DNA of 64,000 nt, taken from Podarcis bocagei. Its lineage: Eukaryota. The notes beneath the pieces are model-generated. The model worked only from the letters and a program-made list of their open reading frames with translations, did not search any database and was not told the origin of the DNA. The DNA lies in NCBI GenBank assembly GCA_964188305.1, contig OZ076888.1; one strand, given 5' to 3'. Positions 10,794 through 23,600 of this stretch are shown piece after piece. A program made the position numbers and the translations under genes. The stretch's first letter is position 1. Each line of letters starts with the position of its first letter.

Positions 10794-12137
10794 GTAAGCT
10801 TCAACAAATTCTTGATCTGATGCGCTTAAAATATTTTAGATGTTGCTAATGTTCTTTTCTTGAAGGTGAATAAGAAGCAGTTCATGGGAAAGTATGAATT
10901 GACTTGGTTTTGGGTTTTTTTTTTAGTGTTTGTGTGAGATTTGGCTTTAAAATTATATTTTCAATCTACTTTCAGACTCTTTATTAATAATGTAGTAGCA
11001 CTATTGTAAACACTGTGGACTAACTGTGCACAGATGGTGGAACGTCTAGTTCATTTTGTTTCAAAACTCAGATTCCTGGTGTGTTTTGAGTACTTGGGCT
11101 TTTAATGTATGTTATAAATGAATCTATGAAGCAATAAAGGCAGACTTCAAAAGCGGCTCTGTTGCTTGCGTGTCCAAATGGGCTATCAAATGTGTAGCTT
11201 ATCTATTATTGCATACAGATGTGTGAACATCTTTGCAAAAATATTTACTCAGTATTTTTTGAGAAATGCTTGCTTTGTTCATTTAGTCCAGGTTTATAAA
11301 CAAAAACATTTAACTCAATTGAGGAGCATTTATACCTTTTCAATTACATTTCATTAATAATAACGCCAAAAATTCTGAAGATGGGATAGGCATTGTAGGA
11401 AAGTTAACCAACTGGACCAAGCAATTGTCTGCGTTTGAGGAGCACTGAAAATGATGGCAGAATTAGGCCTCCTGAACCAGAAAAGCTGAAGGGAAGGAAG
11501 TTGACAAGAAGGTTAGCTGCAAGAGATAAGAAGGGTAGAAGCAGAGATAAGACACAAATATAAGCAAGCCACAAATGCAGATTTAAACTCTTCAGGAAAA
11601 TAAATGGAAGGTGACCTGGAGATATTTATAGGTACTCAGGCTCATTAAGAATCAATAAGTAGAAAGCGATGCTGAGGAAGCCCTTTGGATATAGAGAAGA
11701 GAATAGAGCATTCAACAACATTTCTTCCAGCCTCAAGAATGGGGCAAGAAGGAGGGGCGGTTCTCAGGATTCAAAGGCTGCTAGTACTCAAGAATGCTAA
11801 ATCTTAGCATTATTTGCTATGTGCTGTGTTATCAAGTAATCCTCTCTGCTATGATCAAATCAGAATTTGTTTAGGAATTTGTCCTTCTTTCTGGTATAAC
11901 TCAGTTTCCATTATTGTTTATGAGAGTGCTGCATCATTTGGCATTTTTGTTAGTTATATATGGCAGGCATTAATTTATTCCCAGAGTAGAATGTGGATTG
12001 GAGCTGATTGGTCAAAACCAAAATGTTCTGTTTATCTTGGATGATAGATTTTGAAACTTTTACCTAAACTTGCGTTGTTTTGAATACATGCAGCCTCAAA
12101 TCAAAAAGCACGCACACACTCACACACACGAAATACT

Positions 12138-12745
12138 ATTTATTTATTCATTGAAGTATTTCTATACTGTCATATCATAAAATATCAAGGTGGTGTTCAC
12201 TGTCAAAACATCAAGTATTTTTTTTTTTAAGTACAGATAATCATTAAGGTGCCTGCCTACTTAAAAATTAAACAGCAGCAGAGGCCTTTTTGCAGAGGAA
12301 AGTTTTCAGGAGATGCCAGAAAGTAAAAAATGAGGATGCGTGCCAGATCTCTGCTGGAGAAGTATTCCATAGCACAGGACCGGTGACATGATATACCCAA
12401 CTTCTAGTTGAGACCAGTTGGGCATCTGTAGCACAGGGAGCAACTTACAGTGCTCATCTATATAATCTCAGTAATTAAGCTGATATAGAAGGATTCAGTT
12501 TGTTCTTAACATATCCTGGATCCAAATTATTCAGAGCTTTGCGTATTAGCACAAGGACCTGGCCTGGAAGCATATGACCAGCCAGTGTAGATGTTTTAGC
12601 AGAGGTGTCACATACTGTTGTCCACCTGCCCAGTTCAACAGTCTAGGCACTGCATTCTGCATCAGGACGGCCAAGGCTGATCCTGTCCCCATACCAGGCC
12701 TAAACCCAGATTGAAGTGGATTCAAATAAAGTGTCATCCAGGAAC
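12138..12745 (-). mobile_element. L2-type LINE remnant with an internal deletion
   Basis: Minus-strand translation YLNPLQSGFRPGMGTGSALAVL joined to MQNAVPRLL..YVTPLLKHLHWL, both L2 ORF2 motifs; TTTA tail near 12140. Confidence 0.75.
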
Positions 12746-13019
12746 ACTTGCAACTTTTAGGTGCAGTTGTACCAGGTGTACTTGCATTTGAGTACACCCA
12801 ACCACACACCCATATGCATACCTTATGAGTAAATAAAACTTCTACTTCACAACTAAACTCTTGAAATTTTCATAGGACGAGAGCCCTAACACTAAAGAGT
12901 AGGTTAAATTAAGAAGATATAAATGATAGGAATTTTAAGATTTGTTTTCAATTTATTGATAGACCATAAAATGCTGTACTTATCGTTTTGCTTTCTTTCT
13001 CTTTTTCTCTCTGCCTCAG

Positions 13020-13144
13020 GTGATGTCCGTAATGATATCTATGTAACATTAGTTCAAGGAGATTTTGACAAAGGCAGTAAAACCACAGCAAAGAATGTAG
13101 AGGTTACAGTATCCGTTTATGACGAAGATGGCAAAAAATTGGAG
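13020..13144 (+). CDS. DOCK1: DOCK1 exon (~14), 125 nt, start of DHR-1/C2 domain
   Basis: long pyrimidine tract, cctcag| ... |gtatgt; [41 protein letters not shown]. Confidence 0.97.
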
Positions 13145-14406
13145 GTATGTTGGGTGCTGGTTTATTTCCTATGCTAATTCTAAACCTTTTCCTTAGTGTA
13201 TGGCTTATGACTGGTCAAAATAGGATGTGATCAAATATTGCCAAATAATTTGGTATTTGTAAAGCATTAATGTACACCATCAGAAAAGAGTTTTGCATTT
13301 CCTGACTCCATTATTTAATGACCTGGTTCACTGTACACGGCAATTCTATGGCATTGCAAGACTGTGAAAATATATGGACTCCTGGATAGGAGCTTGCAGC
13401 TGCTTTGCTTCACCCCAGTCCCCTTTGGCTTAACATGTTTTCTGGATCAAGACTGGTTAAGCTCTCTCCACACTAACAATGTACTGTTGCCAAAGTTTTT
13501 TCTTGGCTGCAGCTTGTGGCTAGTAAGGAGGGAGCCTAACCATGGTTGCAAGCTCCTCTCCAGGTAGGAGACATCACGTTTATAAGCGTTTCACTAAGCC
13601 ATAGTTTGGCTTCCTGTGCTGTGCGAACAGGAACAGCATGTGTGAACTTGGAACAGCATGTCATATGTTTTATTTCAGCTAGTACTTCCAGTTCTATCAA
13701 GAGCCGCTGTTTTTTTCTAGACTTTAATACAGACCTCCCTCAGGAACTTTATGGAGCGGACAGCTAGATAACAAGCCGGGAATACTCGCTGGGTTCTGTG
13801 GAAAACAAGATAGAATCATGGGTGGTCATATTCAGAGATTAGTCACTGATGATTATCTGTGTTCCTGTTTGGAGTTGCCTGCAGTTAAAGCAGGTGGTTA
13901 GCAGGAGAAGATTTGCTATGCTGCTGTGTTTTGTTCTGACGGCTCCATCTTTAGGGGACAGGAAGCCTCCACTCTGCCATTGCTAACAATCAACACCATA
14001 ATGAAATGAAAATAGTAAGTTGCCACCCACACAGTGGCATCCTTGGTTTAGTGGAATATTTGACAATCTCCTACTGTTGCCAAATAGTAGACAGTGAATT
14101 GACAGTATTTGTCTGGTCAGTTAACCCATATACCAATCCTGATATTCCTCTATCTTCTGAGTGTGTCAGAATATGTAGGAAACAGTTGTCAGAATTAACA
14201 GCGGAATTGAATTTTTTTGAATGGAAGATTTTTGTTTCAGAAACCACAAAACCATTTTCCTGCCTATTGTTTCCCTGTCACCCTGCTGAAGCTGGTGACA
14301 TGAATCTCCCTCTTGTGTTTTCTTATTAAGTGTAACAATAGAATTTGTTTATACATGCAAGTAAAAATTATCTAATGTGTACTATTTCCTTCTTTCTTTT
14401 TAAAAG

Positions 14407-14505
14407 AATGTCATTTTTCCTGGTGCTGGAGATGAAGCGCTTTCAGAATATAAGTCTGTGATATATTACCAAGTAAAACAACCTCGCTGGTTTGAAACTG
14501 TAAAG
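14407..14505 (+). CDS. DOCK1: DOCK1 exon (~15), 99 nt, DHR-1
   Basis: taaaag| ... |gtatgt; [33 protein letters not shown]. Confidence 0.96.
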
Positions 14506-15039
14506 GTATGTCCAGTGTTAGGATTCCTTAAAAAAAATAATGAGTAAGACAGAATCCAGTTGATAGACTTGCTATATAGCTGTCAGACAAAAGAGGTATC
14601 TATGCCAGAGAATGTTTAAAGGTTGCTAAGAAACAACATAGATGAAGACATTGACTGAATGTATTTATCTCCCGGTCTTCTGGTTAAGACAGCTTTGACA
14701 GAATTATTCCAACATCTGTCTTTCACCTCTTTTGAATTAGAAAACTGAACAGTAAAGCAAATGATTGCAATGTAAGATAAAAATGTATTACTGTAAACTG
14801 CACAAAAGCACTGTGGAATTATTGGGATTTCTCATACATTGTTAATGAAACTAGAATTGCGATAGCGGTTTACCACAGCAAATGTTAACTATTGTAAAAG
14901 CAATGCATATTAATAGTACTATAAACCCAAAGGTTTAAACCCAGTTTCAAAATTCAGGCCTGGGATCACATATCCCTCCTCCTCCTCCAGCACAGCCTTA
15001 AGGAAACTTTTTCTTCAATTCTAGATTAATCACAGCTTG

Positions 15040-15323
15040 CTCTGTTGTTTTAGCTTCTGCCAACCTAACAGTTTGAAAGCACGCCAGTGCAAGTAAATAA
15101 ATAGGTAACTCTTCGGTGGGAAGGTAAATGCTGTTTCCGTGCGCTCTGGCTTCCGTCACGGTGTTCCGTTGTGCCAGAAGCGGTTTAGTCATACTGGCCA
15201 CATGACCTGGAAAGCTGTCTGTGGATAAATGCCGGCTCCCTCGGCCTGAAGCGAGATGAGCGCCACACCCCATAGTCGCTGAACTTAACTGTCCAGGGGT
15301 CCTTTACATTTACTATCTTTACT
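15040..15323 (+). mobile_element. 5'-truncated Sauria SINE (variant with internal TTCCGTCACGGTGTTCCGTT insert)
   Basis: Aligns by eye with 17963-18321 from CTGCCAACCTA to the CAGGGGTCCTTTAC tail. Confidence 0.88.
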
Positions 15324-15687
15324 ATGGATAGTAAAGTCAAACCACAGTTTATAAAGCTGGCTTATTTCAACTATTCAAAGATAAGATTAATACTTTCTTA
15401 GGGTTCAGCAGTTAATATGAAATGAAAATAGGAACTTTTGGTCTGCTTTTGTGCACAGTGGGAGGGGGAAACAATAGTCCAGAGCTCAGTTAGGCTTTTC
15501 TTGTAACACTAAACTATGGTTTAGCATCTTGTCTGAATGCAGCTACTTATGTATTTGCATGTGCATTTGATGAAGTTACAACCATAGGGCATTCTGTCAG
15601 ATGGCTGTTGAGTTGGAAGAAATTTAGTATCTAGAGAACTATTTGATGGCTGGGGAAAATGTGAGCAGAACACATGGATTCTGGATA

Positions 15688-15948
15688 CAGTGGAACCTTG
15701 GGTTGCAAACGTGATACGTGTGGGAGGCACGTTTGCAACCTGCACCGTTTGCAACCTGCAGTGCTGCATCTGCACACGTGCGGGTCGCGATTAGGTGCTT
15801 CTGCGCATGCGCAAAGCGCGATTTAGTGATTCTGCGCATGCGCGAGTGCCGAAACCCGGAAGTAACCTGTTCTGGTACTTCCAGGTTCGGCGCAGTGCAC
15901 AACCCGAAATCACATAACCTGAAGCGTCTCTAACCTGAGGTACCACTG
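15688..15948. mobile_element. Tc1/mariner MITE with a CpG-rich core
   Basis: TA flanks; CAGTGGAACCTTGGGTT...AACCTGAGGTACCACTG termini related to the 3865 family. Confidence 0.85.
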
Positions 15949-16207
15949 TATAAAGAATTGAAAGAATGTCTGAATTCTCTTAACAAAAGCAGGAGGTCCA
16001 GGGGCTTGACAGCAGTAGGTTTCCATGGGAATCTTTTATGGCAGTAAGATTTGTGCTCAGTGCCGTGGAAGGAATGAAGGAAAAAGTAATCGAAATGGTG
16101 AAGCAGAGTTAGAATATAAGCAGCCAAGTTTTGGCATGGAAGTGAAGGAATGTATGTGTAGCACTAGAAAAGCAGAATGTAGGTAGTCAAGGCAACAGGC
16201 TTGTCAT

Positions 16208-16345
16208 AGGAAACTGCCTTTTATCAAGTCAGACAATTTGTTCATCTAACTCTGCATTATCTACCCTGACCGGCAGCAGATCTCCAAGATCATAGACAAA
16301 GAACCTTCTGCGTTCAAAGCGTGTGCTCTGCTACTGCTTTGTGGC
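16208..16345 (-). mobile_element. Degenerate Squam3-like SINE
   Basis: AGGAAACTGCCTTTTATCAAGTCAGAC...CGGCAGCAGATCTCCA is a reverse-orientation homolog of 1470-1638. Confidence 0.55.
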
Positions 16346-17962
16346 AGCTCCAAAGCTTTAGCTGTAGGTGTTAATCCCTATGGGGAGGTAGATGTGGCAC
16401 ATGATAGTGGGAAAACGTCCTTGATGGCATTGAAGAGGGACTGATACTAAATAATAGTGCAAATTAACCTTTGGCAACGCCCAGGAAGCCACTTGGGTGT
16501 TACACATGGCAGCTGCCTTAACTTCACTTCCTACACAGTGGGTTTTAAAAGGAATATCTAACATCTACAGATACTGCTTTTGAGGCAACACAGGCACAAA
16601 CTAAGGGATTCAAACCTCTTTCCCCATCTTGGAAGTACATCTGAAGTTGGATGATCTGATTTTTCTAGAGAATAAAATCTCAGGCAGCAAAAATGGTACA
16701 TTAGAAAAAAAATTATAATATGAAAGAGTGAGGGTGATAACGTGTGCTAAACAAATGCTGTCTTATATGGAAATAAATATCTGCACAGGGTTATTTATGC
16801 TTACATGAAGTGTTCTGACATTGGGGCAGGGGGTAGTATATTATTATGAAATAGGGATGTGATAAATGAAGAGGAAACAGGTGAATAGGGAGGGCAAATG
16901 TTGGTGAGACAAAGGTTAAATTGAATTGACAGTTCTGCTACATATGGACAGCAACAAAACTGAGCTGCTGGATCAAAGAGTGCCTATTGATGGAACAGGT
17001 GTGATGTAAATGTCAAGGTAGACAAGGTGAACATAGCTCCCGAAATTGAGGAGCGTCAAAACACTAGAATCTGTCTGGCCTGCTTGTGACTGCTGTAAAG
17101 TTCTGCAGCAAATGATAGCACTCATTCCTTATTGGTTTGTAGAGCTGAAAGCTGACAGTGTGAGGTATTATTTTATTTCCCCCTCTGGTATTACCAGGCT
17201 TTAAGGCATGGAAGGAAGGCCTGCTCCATATCCGTGAGTTATACGTCTGGGTACAGTATCAAAACAATATAGAATTACATCTCAGGCTGTGCTTTAAGCC
17301 ATCCAGTGCTCTGGTCTGGAGGAAAGGCAAGATGGAACGAAGTATATTTGTTTTGGTATTATAGCTCAAACAAGTGGTCTTAGTTTAATATATTTTTCAA
17401 GGTGGGCATTCAGAAATGATTTCACAGCTTGTTTTCTTAGCGCAGTTTTGCTTGAATCATGAGTATGTTGTTCTGAAGGGGGCTCACCTACATCCAGACC
17501 TTTTAACTGATGTCCCCAGACTGAGTTAGGACATAGTTGAGCTGATTCATTTTAACTGACTTTTCCAGACTCTACATTGCATTGTGGAAGAAAGTTATGT
17601 GTTTATTTTGTTAAATGAAAATCCACACTATTTCCATTTTAAAAAAAACCATGCTCAAGGCAGCTTATAACGTGCATTTTTAACAACAACAGCAACAACA
17701 TTAAACTGAGAAGAATTAAAAACCAGCAACAGGAAACTCTAAAACAAGATCCATTAAAAGCATCCAGAAAAATCAACTAAAGTGATAGAAACACTAAAAT
17801 AGAAGCTGAAAGGAGCAAACACGATATTACCTTGTGCCTATATGCTGTATGGGGAGATCCCAAGTGGGCTGAGTCCAAAGTCAAAGTTATACCTCAGTAA
17901 AAAGTTAATAGATGGTCTTGGTCAGTTTCCCCCTATATTCCATAAAAGTACTGGTGGTATAA

Positions 17963-18321
17963 GGGACGTGGGTGGCGCTGTGGTCTAAACCACAGAGCCT
18001 AGGGCTTGCCGATCAGAAGGTCGATGGTTCGAATCCCCGCTACGGGGTGAGCTCCCGTTGCCCGGTCCCTGCTCCTGCCAACCTAGCAGTTTGAAAGCAT
18101 GTCAAGTGCAAGTAGATAAATAGGTACCACTCTGGCGGGAAGGTAAACGGCGTTTCCATGCGCTGCTCTGGTTTGCCAGAAGTGGTTTAGTCATGCTAGC
18201 TGCATGACCCGGAAACTGTCTGCGGACAAACACCAGCTCCCTTGGCCTGAAGAGCGAGATGAGTGCCGCAACCCCAGTGTCGTCCACAACTGGACCTAAC
18301 AGTCAGGGGTGCCTTTACCTT
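17963..18321 (+). mobile_element. Full-length Sauria SINE (Podarcis-type)
   Basis: GGGACGTGGGTGGCGCTGTGG A-box head, GGTTCGAATCC B-box, CCTTTACCTT tail; 8-bp TSD GTGGTATA (17954-17961 / 18322-18329). Confidence 0.93.
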
Positions 18322-18792
18322 GTGGTATACAGGACAGGTTGCTTCTTTAAAGTTATGAAAAATCACATTTTTTGATCTGTAAATAATAATGCATTGAATA
18401 AGATTGATGCTGTTTTTCTGTTTACTAATACAGTTTCTAAAACTGCAACAAGTATTTAAAAAACATACTTGAAAAAAACCCTTTTGAAATAGCTGCATAG
18501 CTATTTACATGCCTTCTTCATTGCATCAGATTTGCGGCAAGTGGAGAATGCCTGCAGGCAAGGATGCAATTTTTTTTTTATAACTTAGAATCCATCTCTT
18601 CCAAGTTATAAAAACTTCTCTGTCTTTTCAACTGCATGTTTCTTTCTGGATTAGGCAGGCACTTTAATTACAATCTTGTCTTGTTTTTTGTTTTTATAAT
18701 CTTTGTTGCCCGCCACCTTGATATTTTATGAGAGTTGGTAGCGTATAAATATTTTTACAAATAAATGGCTGTGTACATTTTCTTTTGTGAAG

Positions 18793-18865
18793 GTTGCAAT
18801 TCCCATTGAAGATGTAAACCGCAGTCACTTAAGGTTTACCTTTCGGCACAGGTCATCACAGGACT
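18793..18865 (+). CDS. DOCK1: DOCK1 exon (~16), 73 nt, DHR-1
   Basis: gtgaag| ... |gtgagt; VAIPIEDVNRSHLRFTFRHRSSQD(S). Confidence 0.96.
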
Positions 18866-20099
18866 GTGAGTACTTCTCCCCTGCTCATTTTACTTGTAGT
18901 GTCTGTGTTTAAGGAAGTCTCTGTTTAGTTTTTATTAATGATTTGGAGTCTTTTTTTTCTGAATTTGGGCCCTTTCCCTCTGACCTCACTTTAGCTGACT
19001 TTTGCTATACTTTCCTCCCCTTTGCATTTCCACAAGTGAGTCAGTTGTCAACAGTGCGTGCTGGCAGGTAAGTAAGGATATTTTTATGGGGAAAATAAAC
19101 TAGCTTGCTTGCATTTGTGTGATCCTCCTTGGTTGTGAAGTTCAGTTGTGAGGAATGCTTGCTATAGTAACTTACTTGTTAGCCAAGTGCCAAGTCCACC
19201 AGGCTTATGATAATGTTCTGATTAAAGTTTGATATTTTTTACGTTCCCTGTATCTGGCTTGTGTGGACTTTTAATTTCTCACAATTTATAAGTAAAAAAA
19301 AATATGCATGGCTTGTGTGCTTGAGTTAGACTGGCTCTCTTAACTAATGTGCTTGTATTTTCTGGAGAGTTGCAGTTTGAATTTTCATTACGCCATCAGC
19401 ATAAGAATCAAAGCTTTAATCGTGTAACCTTCACTTGAATGTATTTAAGAACTTGTAATATTTGACACCTACTCCATAATGGATAATGCTTGTGTAATTA
19501 AAAGCTGCTATTTTGATATAAAAATTAGTCATAAGAATGAAAGTAGTGCTTCCTTTAATAGAATATTTAACAGTTTCACTAATGAAAAACAATATGCGGC
19601 AAATTACTGTCATATTTATGAGACTGAACTACAAATTGATTCAGTAGGAAGCAGTCACATTATGTTGCAGCAGTTCATGGGTGGCCAGACCTATTGAGCT
19701 TTGGATTATTGCATTCATTATGGGTTAAGACTCAGGACTGCCACAGCGCTTTTTCATATATTTTTTGGACTGCCATAGGGTTGATGAGTGTTGCCCTTCT
19801 GTCTCTATTTCTTATCTGCTTGCCCTGTCACTTTGCTTCCTTGAACTCACACCAGCGGGTTCTTTTATTATTAATGAGAGAAAATGGAAGTAGCTGATTA
19901 TAGGCTCATTGGGTTCAGCTGTTGACCCAAACGGAAACATGAACTTTCTACTGCTGTGTAGATTATATTTCGGGCTTTCCTTACATTATTATAAAGATAG
20001 TGTGTTTTAACGGGTTGTGGGGAAAGGTCCTGAAATCACAGCCCTCCCCCAAAGTGCTTTCTTTCTTAAGAAATTGAGGAAGATAGGCTTTAAGAACAG

Positions 20100-20380
20100 A
20101 CATTATTATTATTTATAAAATTTGTATACCGCCCTTCATCTGAAGATCACAAGGTAGTCACAACATAAAAATAAAAAAGAGAATACAAAATACATAATAA
20201 ACAAAAATAGAAACAAACCAATAAACCCCCCCCGAAACACATTTAAAAGGCCATAGAATATTAATCAGTCCGAGGCCTGATTGAAGAGAAATCTTTTTGC
20301 CTGGTGCTTAAAGATATACAATGAAGGCACCAGCCGAGCTTCCTCAGGAAAAGCATTCCACAAATGGGAAGCCACCCCCA
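20100..20380 (-). mobile_element. L2-type LINE 3' end
   Basis: (ATT)n tail plus TTTGTATACCGCCCTTCATC; homologous to 4336-4728; shorter tails near 31615 and 56470. Confidence 0.65.
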
Positions 20381-20659
20381 GGACATTATGATTGCAGGGT
20401 CCAGGTTGGTTAAATTGAGTGTAGCACTTGAATTTCATTCTGCATAAGAAGTTGAGATAATCCGGAATAAATAATACTGTTTGCAGTTAGTTAAACACTA
20501 TCACTGAAACTTCCTTTAAGGAGTAAAGAACCAGTATCTTAGAAAGTAAGTATTTCTAACCTGGTTATAATAATTCTTTTTCGCAGCACTTTTTCTTCAT
20601 GTGTACATTCTTGAATAATCTTTCTCATGAGCGTATGAAGCCGCCTGAAGATTAATAGC

Positions 20660-20951
20660 ACACTGTAGCCCAGACTTCCTAAAGTAATGCTTTTCACATG
20701 TTTTGGATCACAATTCCCATCATTCCAGACTATTGGCTACATTGTCTGGAGTTGTAGTTCAAAATATCCAAAGAGCACCAGGTTTGGAAAAACTGCTCTA
20801 GCCCTTGTGTCTTGTGTCACGTAGTGTATGGGTAGCCAACAAGGTGTCCTACAGAGGTTTAGGAGTACAACTTCCATTATCTCCAATCATTAGGCATGCT
20901 GATGGGATTTACAGATGACAACATCTGACAGATACATGTTGGCTACCCCTG
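20660..20951. mobile_element. Two adjacent decayed fold-back hAT MITEs
   Basis: ACAATTCCCATCATTCC..GAGTTGTAGTTC and GGGTAGCCAACA...TGTTGGCTACCC inverted arms; related to 52278-52413. Confidence 0.55.
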
Positions 20952-21550
20952 TGCTATTGTATAGTCTTATGATGGGCCCAGGGCCAGAATACCACATAGC
21001 AAGAGAGAGCCAATTTAAGGGTGTGCAAAGGGCGCAAGGGCCCTGCCTGTATTTTGGAATTTTGGAGATAGAGGAGGAGGCATAAAGGAGCATGAGCTCA
21101 CTATTCTACCTGACTCCTTTTGTTGCATTAATCGGGGATTTGGTAAACAGCTTGTGTAGCTGGTCTTCTAGGCGTTTGAATGTGGATGCCTTGCTGGGAA
21201 ATGTGGATAACTTCTCATGAGCTGCCTTATGTGGAGTGGCACATCCGGGTCACTGTGACATATACATCTCATTGCAATCTAGCGCATGGTGCTGGGGGTA
21301 GAGCATTAATCTTGGAGCCATTTTTAACAGAAGACTTTTATAATTTTCATTCTGTGAGTACAAACAGGCAAGTGGATATACCCTGTATTTCTAAATTTCC
21401 AGTTTATTCTGAACACAGACAGCCTTATTTAACATAAGGCTATTTACTAGACTTCATGTGTGGTATTAGAACAACCTGTGTCTGCATTCTTGAGTGTCTT
21501 CATCTGTAGTCATTATCATTGATTTACAATATGTTTCTGTACTTAAACAG

Positions 21551-21654
21551 CCAAAGATAAATCTGAGAAAATATTTGCCCTGGCGTTTGTTAAATTGATG
21601 AGATATGATGGAACAACACTACGGGATGGAGAGCATGATCTTATAGTGTACAAG
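21551..21654 (+). CDS. DOCK1: DOCK1 exon (~17), 104 nt, DHR-1
   Basis: aaacag| ... |gtatta; [34 protein letters not shown]. Confidence 0.96.
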
Positions 21655-22164
21655 GTATTATTCTCACCATATGCTGCAGTACTTCGAGAATACAAATATT
21701 TAAGGAATGGTTATTTTGTACAGTGTGATGTAGAAGTATAGCTTTTGCCTATATTCAGATGTTATTCCCTTAGTAACGGAAAAATAATGTAGGTTATAAG
21801 GAAGAAGAGTGAAACTTCACTTTTGTACAGCTGCTTAAGAAAAAATTAAAACAACTTACTGAGCCCACTACGCTTTCTTAGTTTGGAGCTTTTCTAATGG
21901 ATAATGTGAAACATTTTCCTTTTTTGTTCATCCTTCCCTCTAGGTAGGTAACTTGGAATATTGGTGGGTTTAACAGGTGTTGAAAAGCCATTAATTTTGC
22001 TGTGTGACATGTTTTTGATCTACTCTTTGAAAGCTTTGAGGGGGAAAGTGTCTTCAAGTTGTAGTCTCATTTAAAATGAAATAAGCTGTGATTAAATGCA
22101 GAATAAAAAATGTTTTCAGCAGCTATACTTAATGTTTGCATTTTATTTGGGAATAATGTTGCAG

Positions 22165-22348
22165 GCAGAAGCAAAGAAGCTAGAAGATTTTTCGACTTAT
22201 TTAAGCTTGCCCTCTACTAAAATAGAATTGGAGGAAAAAGGTCACTCAACGGCTGGCAAGGGCATGCAAAATCTTGGAAGCTGCACCATCAGTAAAGATT
22301 CCTTTCAGATTTCTACTCTAGTTTGTTCAACGAAGCTAACTCAAAATG
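22165..22348 (+). CDS. DOCK1: DOCK1 exon (~18), 184 nt, end of DHR-1
   Basis: ttgcag| ... |gtgagg; AEAKKLEDFSTYLSLPSTKIELEEKGHSTAGKGMQNLGSCTISKDSFQISTLVCSTKLTQN(V). Confidence 0.97.
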
Positions 22349-22708
22349 GTGAGGAAGATTATCACATCCTAGAATAAAAACAACCACCTTGCATTTGTAA
22401 AGAATAATAATATAGGCAGCTGTTTGTTGAAGATGAGTCTCCCTTATGATACTCCTGGGTTGGGAAACATATTTTGGTCATGGACCTTATATTTAAAAAA
22501 ATCTGGATTTCTTGCAAAAGTTGGGTGACTGACCTTCTGTAAAGTCTTATCAGTTGCATTGTATTTATCTAAATGATGTGCACACTCTTGGAAATAATAA
22601 ATGAAAATGGCAGAAGAAAGACAATGTTTAGGAGAAACTTGAGTAATATTCAACTTTCCTAGATATATTTGAACTTCTGTTGGTAAGGGCCTATGTATGA
22701 GAGTATTA

Positions 22709-22710
<2 letters not shown>

Positions 22711-22755
<45 letters not shown>
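22711..22755. repeat. (TTA)n microsatellite
   Basis: about 15 perfect units. Confidence 0.95.
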
Positions 22756-22869
22756 GACTTCTGATTTTGTTTTATCCAAGAAGAAGAGTATAGAGGGGAT
22801 CAGTGGTAATCCATTACTTCAAAATATTTCAAAATCTGATGTGTTTTAGGAGGGCATGCTTATTATAAA

Positions 22870-23600
22870 TTTATTTTATTCATAGCAATTAATCTTATTA
22901 ACTTACTTTACTTTTAGACTGCCTTTCAGCCAGATGACAAGAGTTAAACAATATAAAAACGACACAAGTTAAACTGATATAAAAATAGATTTGGGGAAAA
23001 AACACAGTTCAGCAGCAAGCATAAAACATGCTTATAATCCACCTCCATATGTATGAAAAGATACACTGATGTAAAAAAAAGAAATATGAACACTGAGGGG
23101 AAATAGGTGAGAGGGAATTCTACAAACGGAAAGCCGCTACAGAGAAGTCCCAAATCTGAGTCACTTTGTATAACAGGCCATACTGGTTGACAGATCATAA
23201 GAGAAGCTGCCTGCAGATCACACTTTAAATTGGGCACAGTAGCAAGTAGACACCCAGAACAGCTCCTGGGAAGTTGGTGTTCTATGATGTTTTTTCACTG
23301 TGCTGTTCAAAACTCCCGTGGCAAGAAGAGCCCCGTGTAGAACACATTATGGTACTCTAACCAGGGTATTGGCCACTGTGGTCAGGCTATGCCAGCCTAG
23401 GAAAGACCATAGTTGGTGAACCATGCATAGCTATGGAAGCCGCTTGAGCCTTGGGTGACAAAGTTGAATTCAGGAGTAACTGGTCCTTCAGGGGGAATGC
23501 AAGACCCTACAGGTAGTTTTCTGAAATTCCCTGACATGAGAACCACCCATCAACAACACATCTGCCTTGTTGGAATTCAACATGGATGTGTTATTTAAGC
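22870..23600 (-). mobile_element. Old L2-type LINE fragment
   Basis: GAGGGAATTCTACAAACGGAAAGCCGCTACAGAGAAG matches the block in 4336-4728; boundaries approximate. Confidence 0.5.

Noticed and set aside
17963-18040. A-box/B-box tRNA-like sequence (also at 47177)
   Set aside because: It is the SINE head and continues into the SINE body; not a tRNA gene.
18995-19067. 73-nt AG..GT segment with the same length as exon 16, suggesting a mutually exclusive exon
   Set aside because: The phase-0 frame has an internal TGA and no similarity to exon 16; kept only as a poison-exon candidate.
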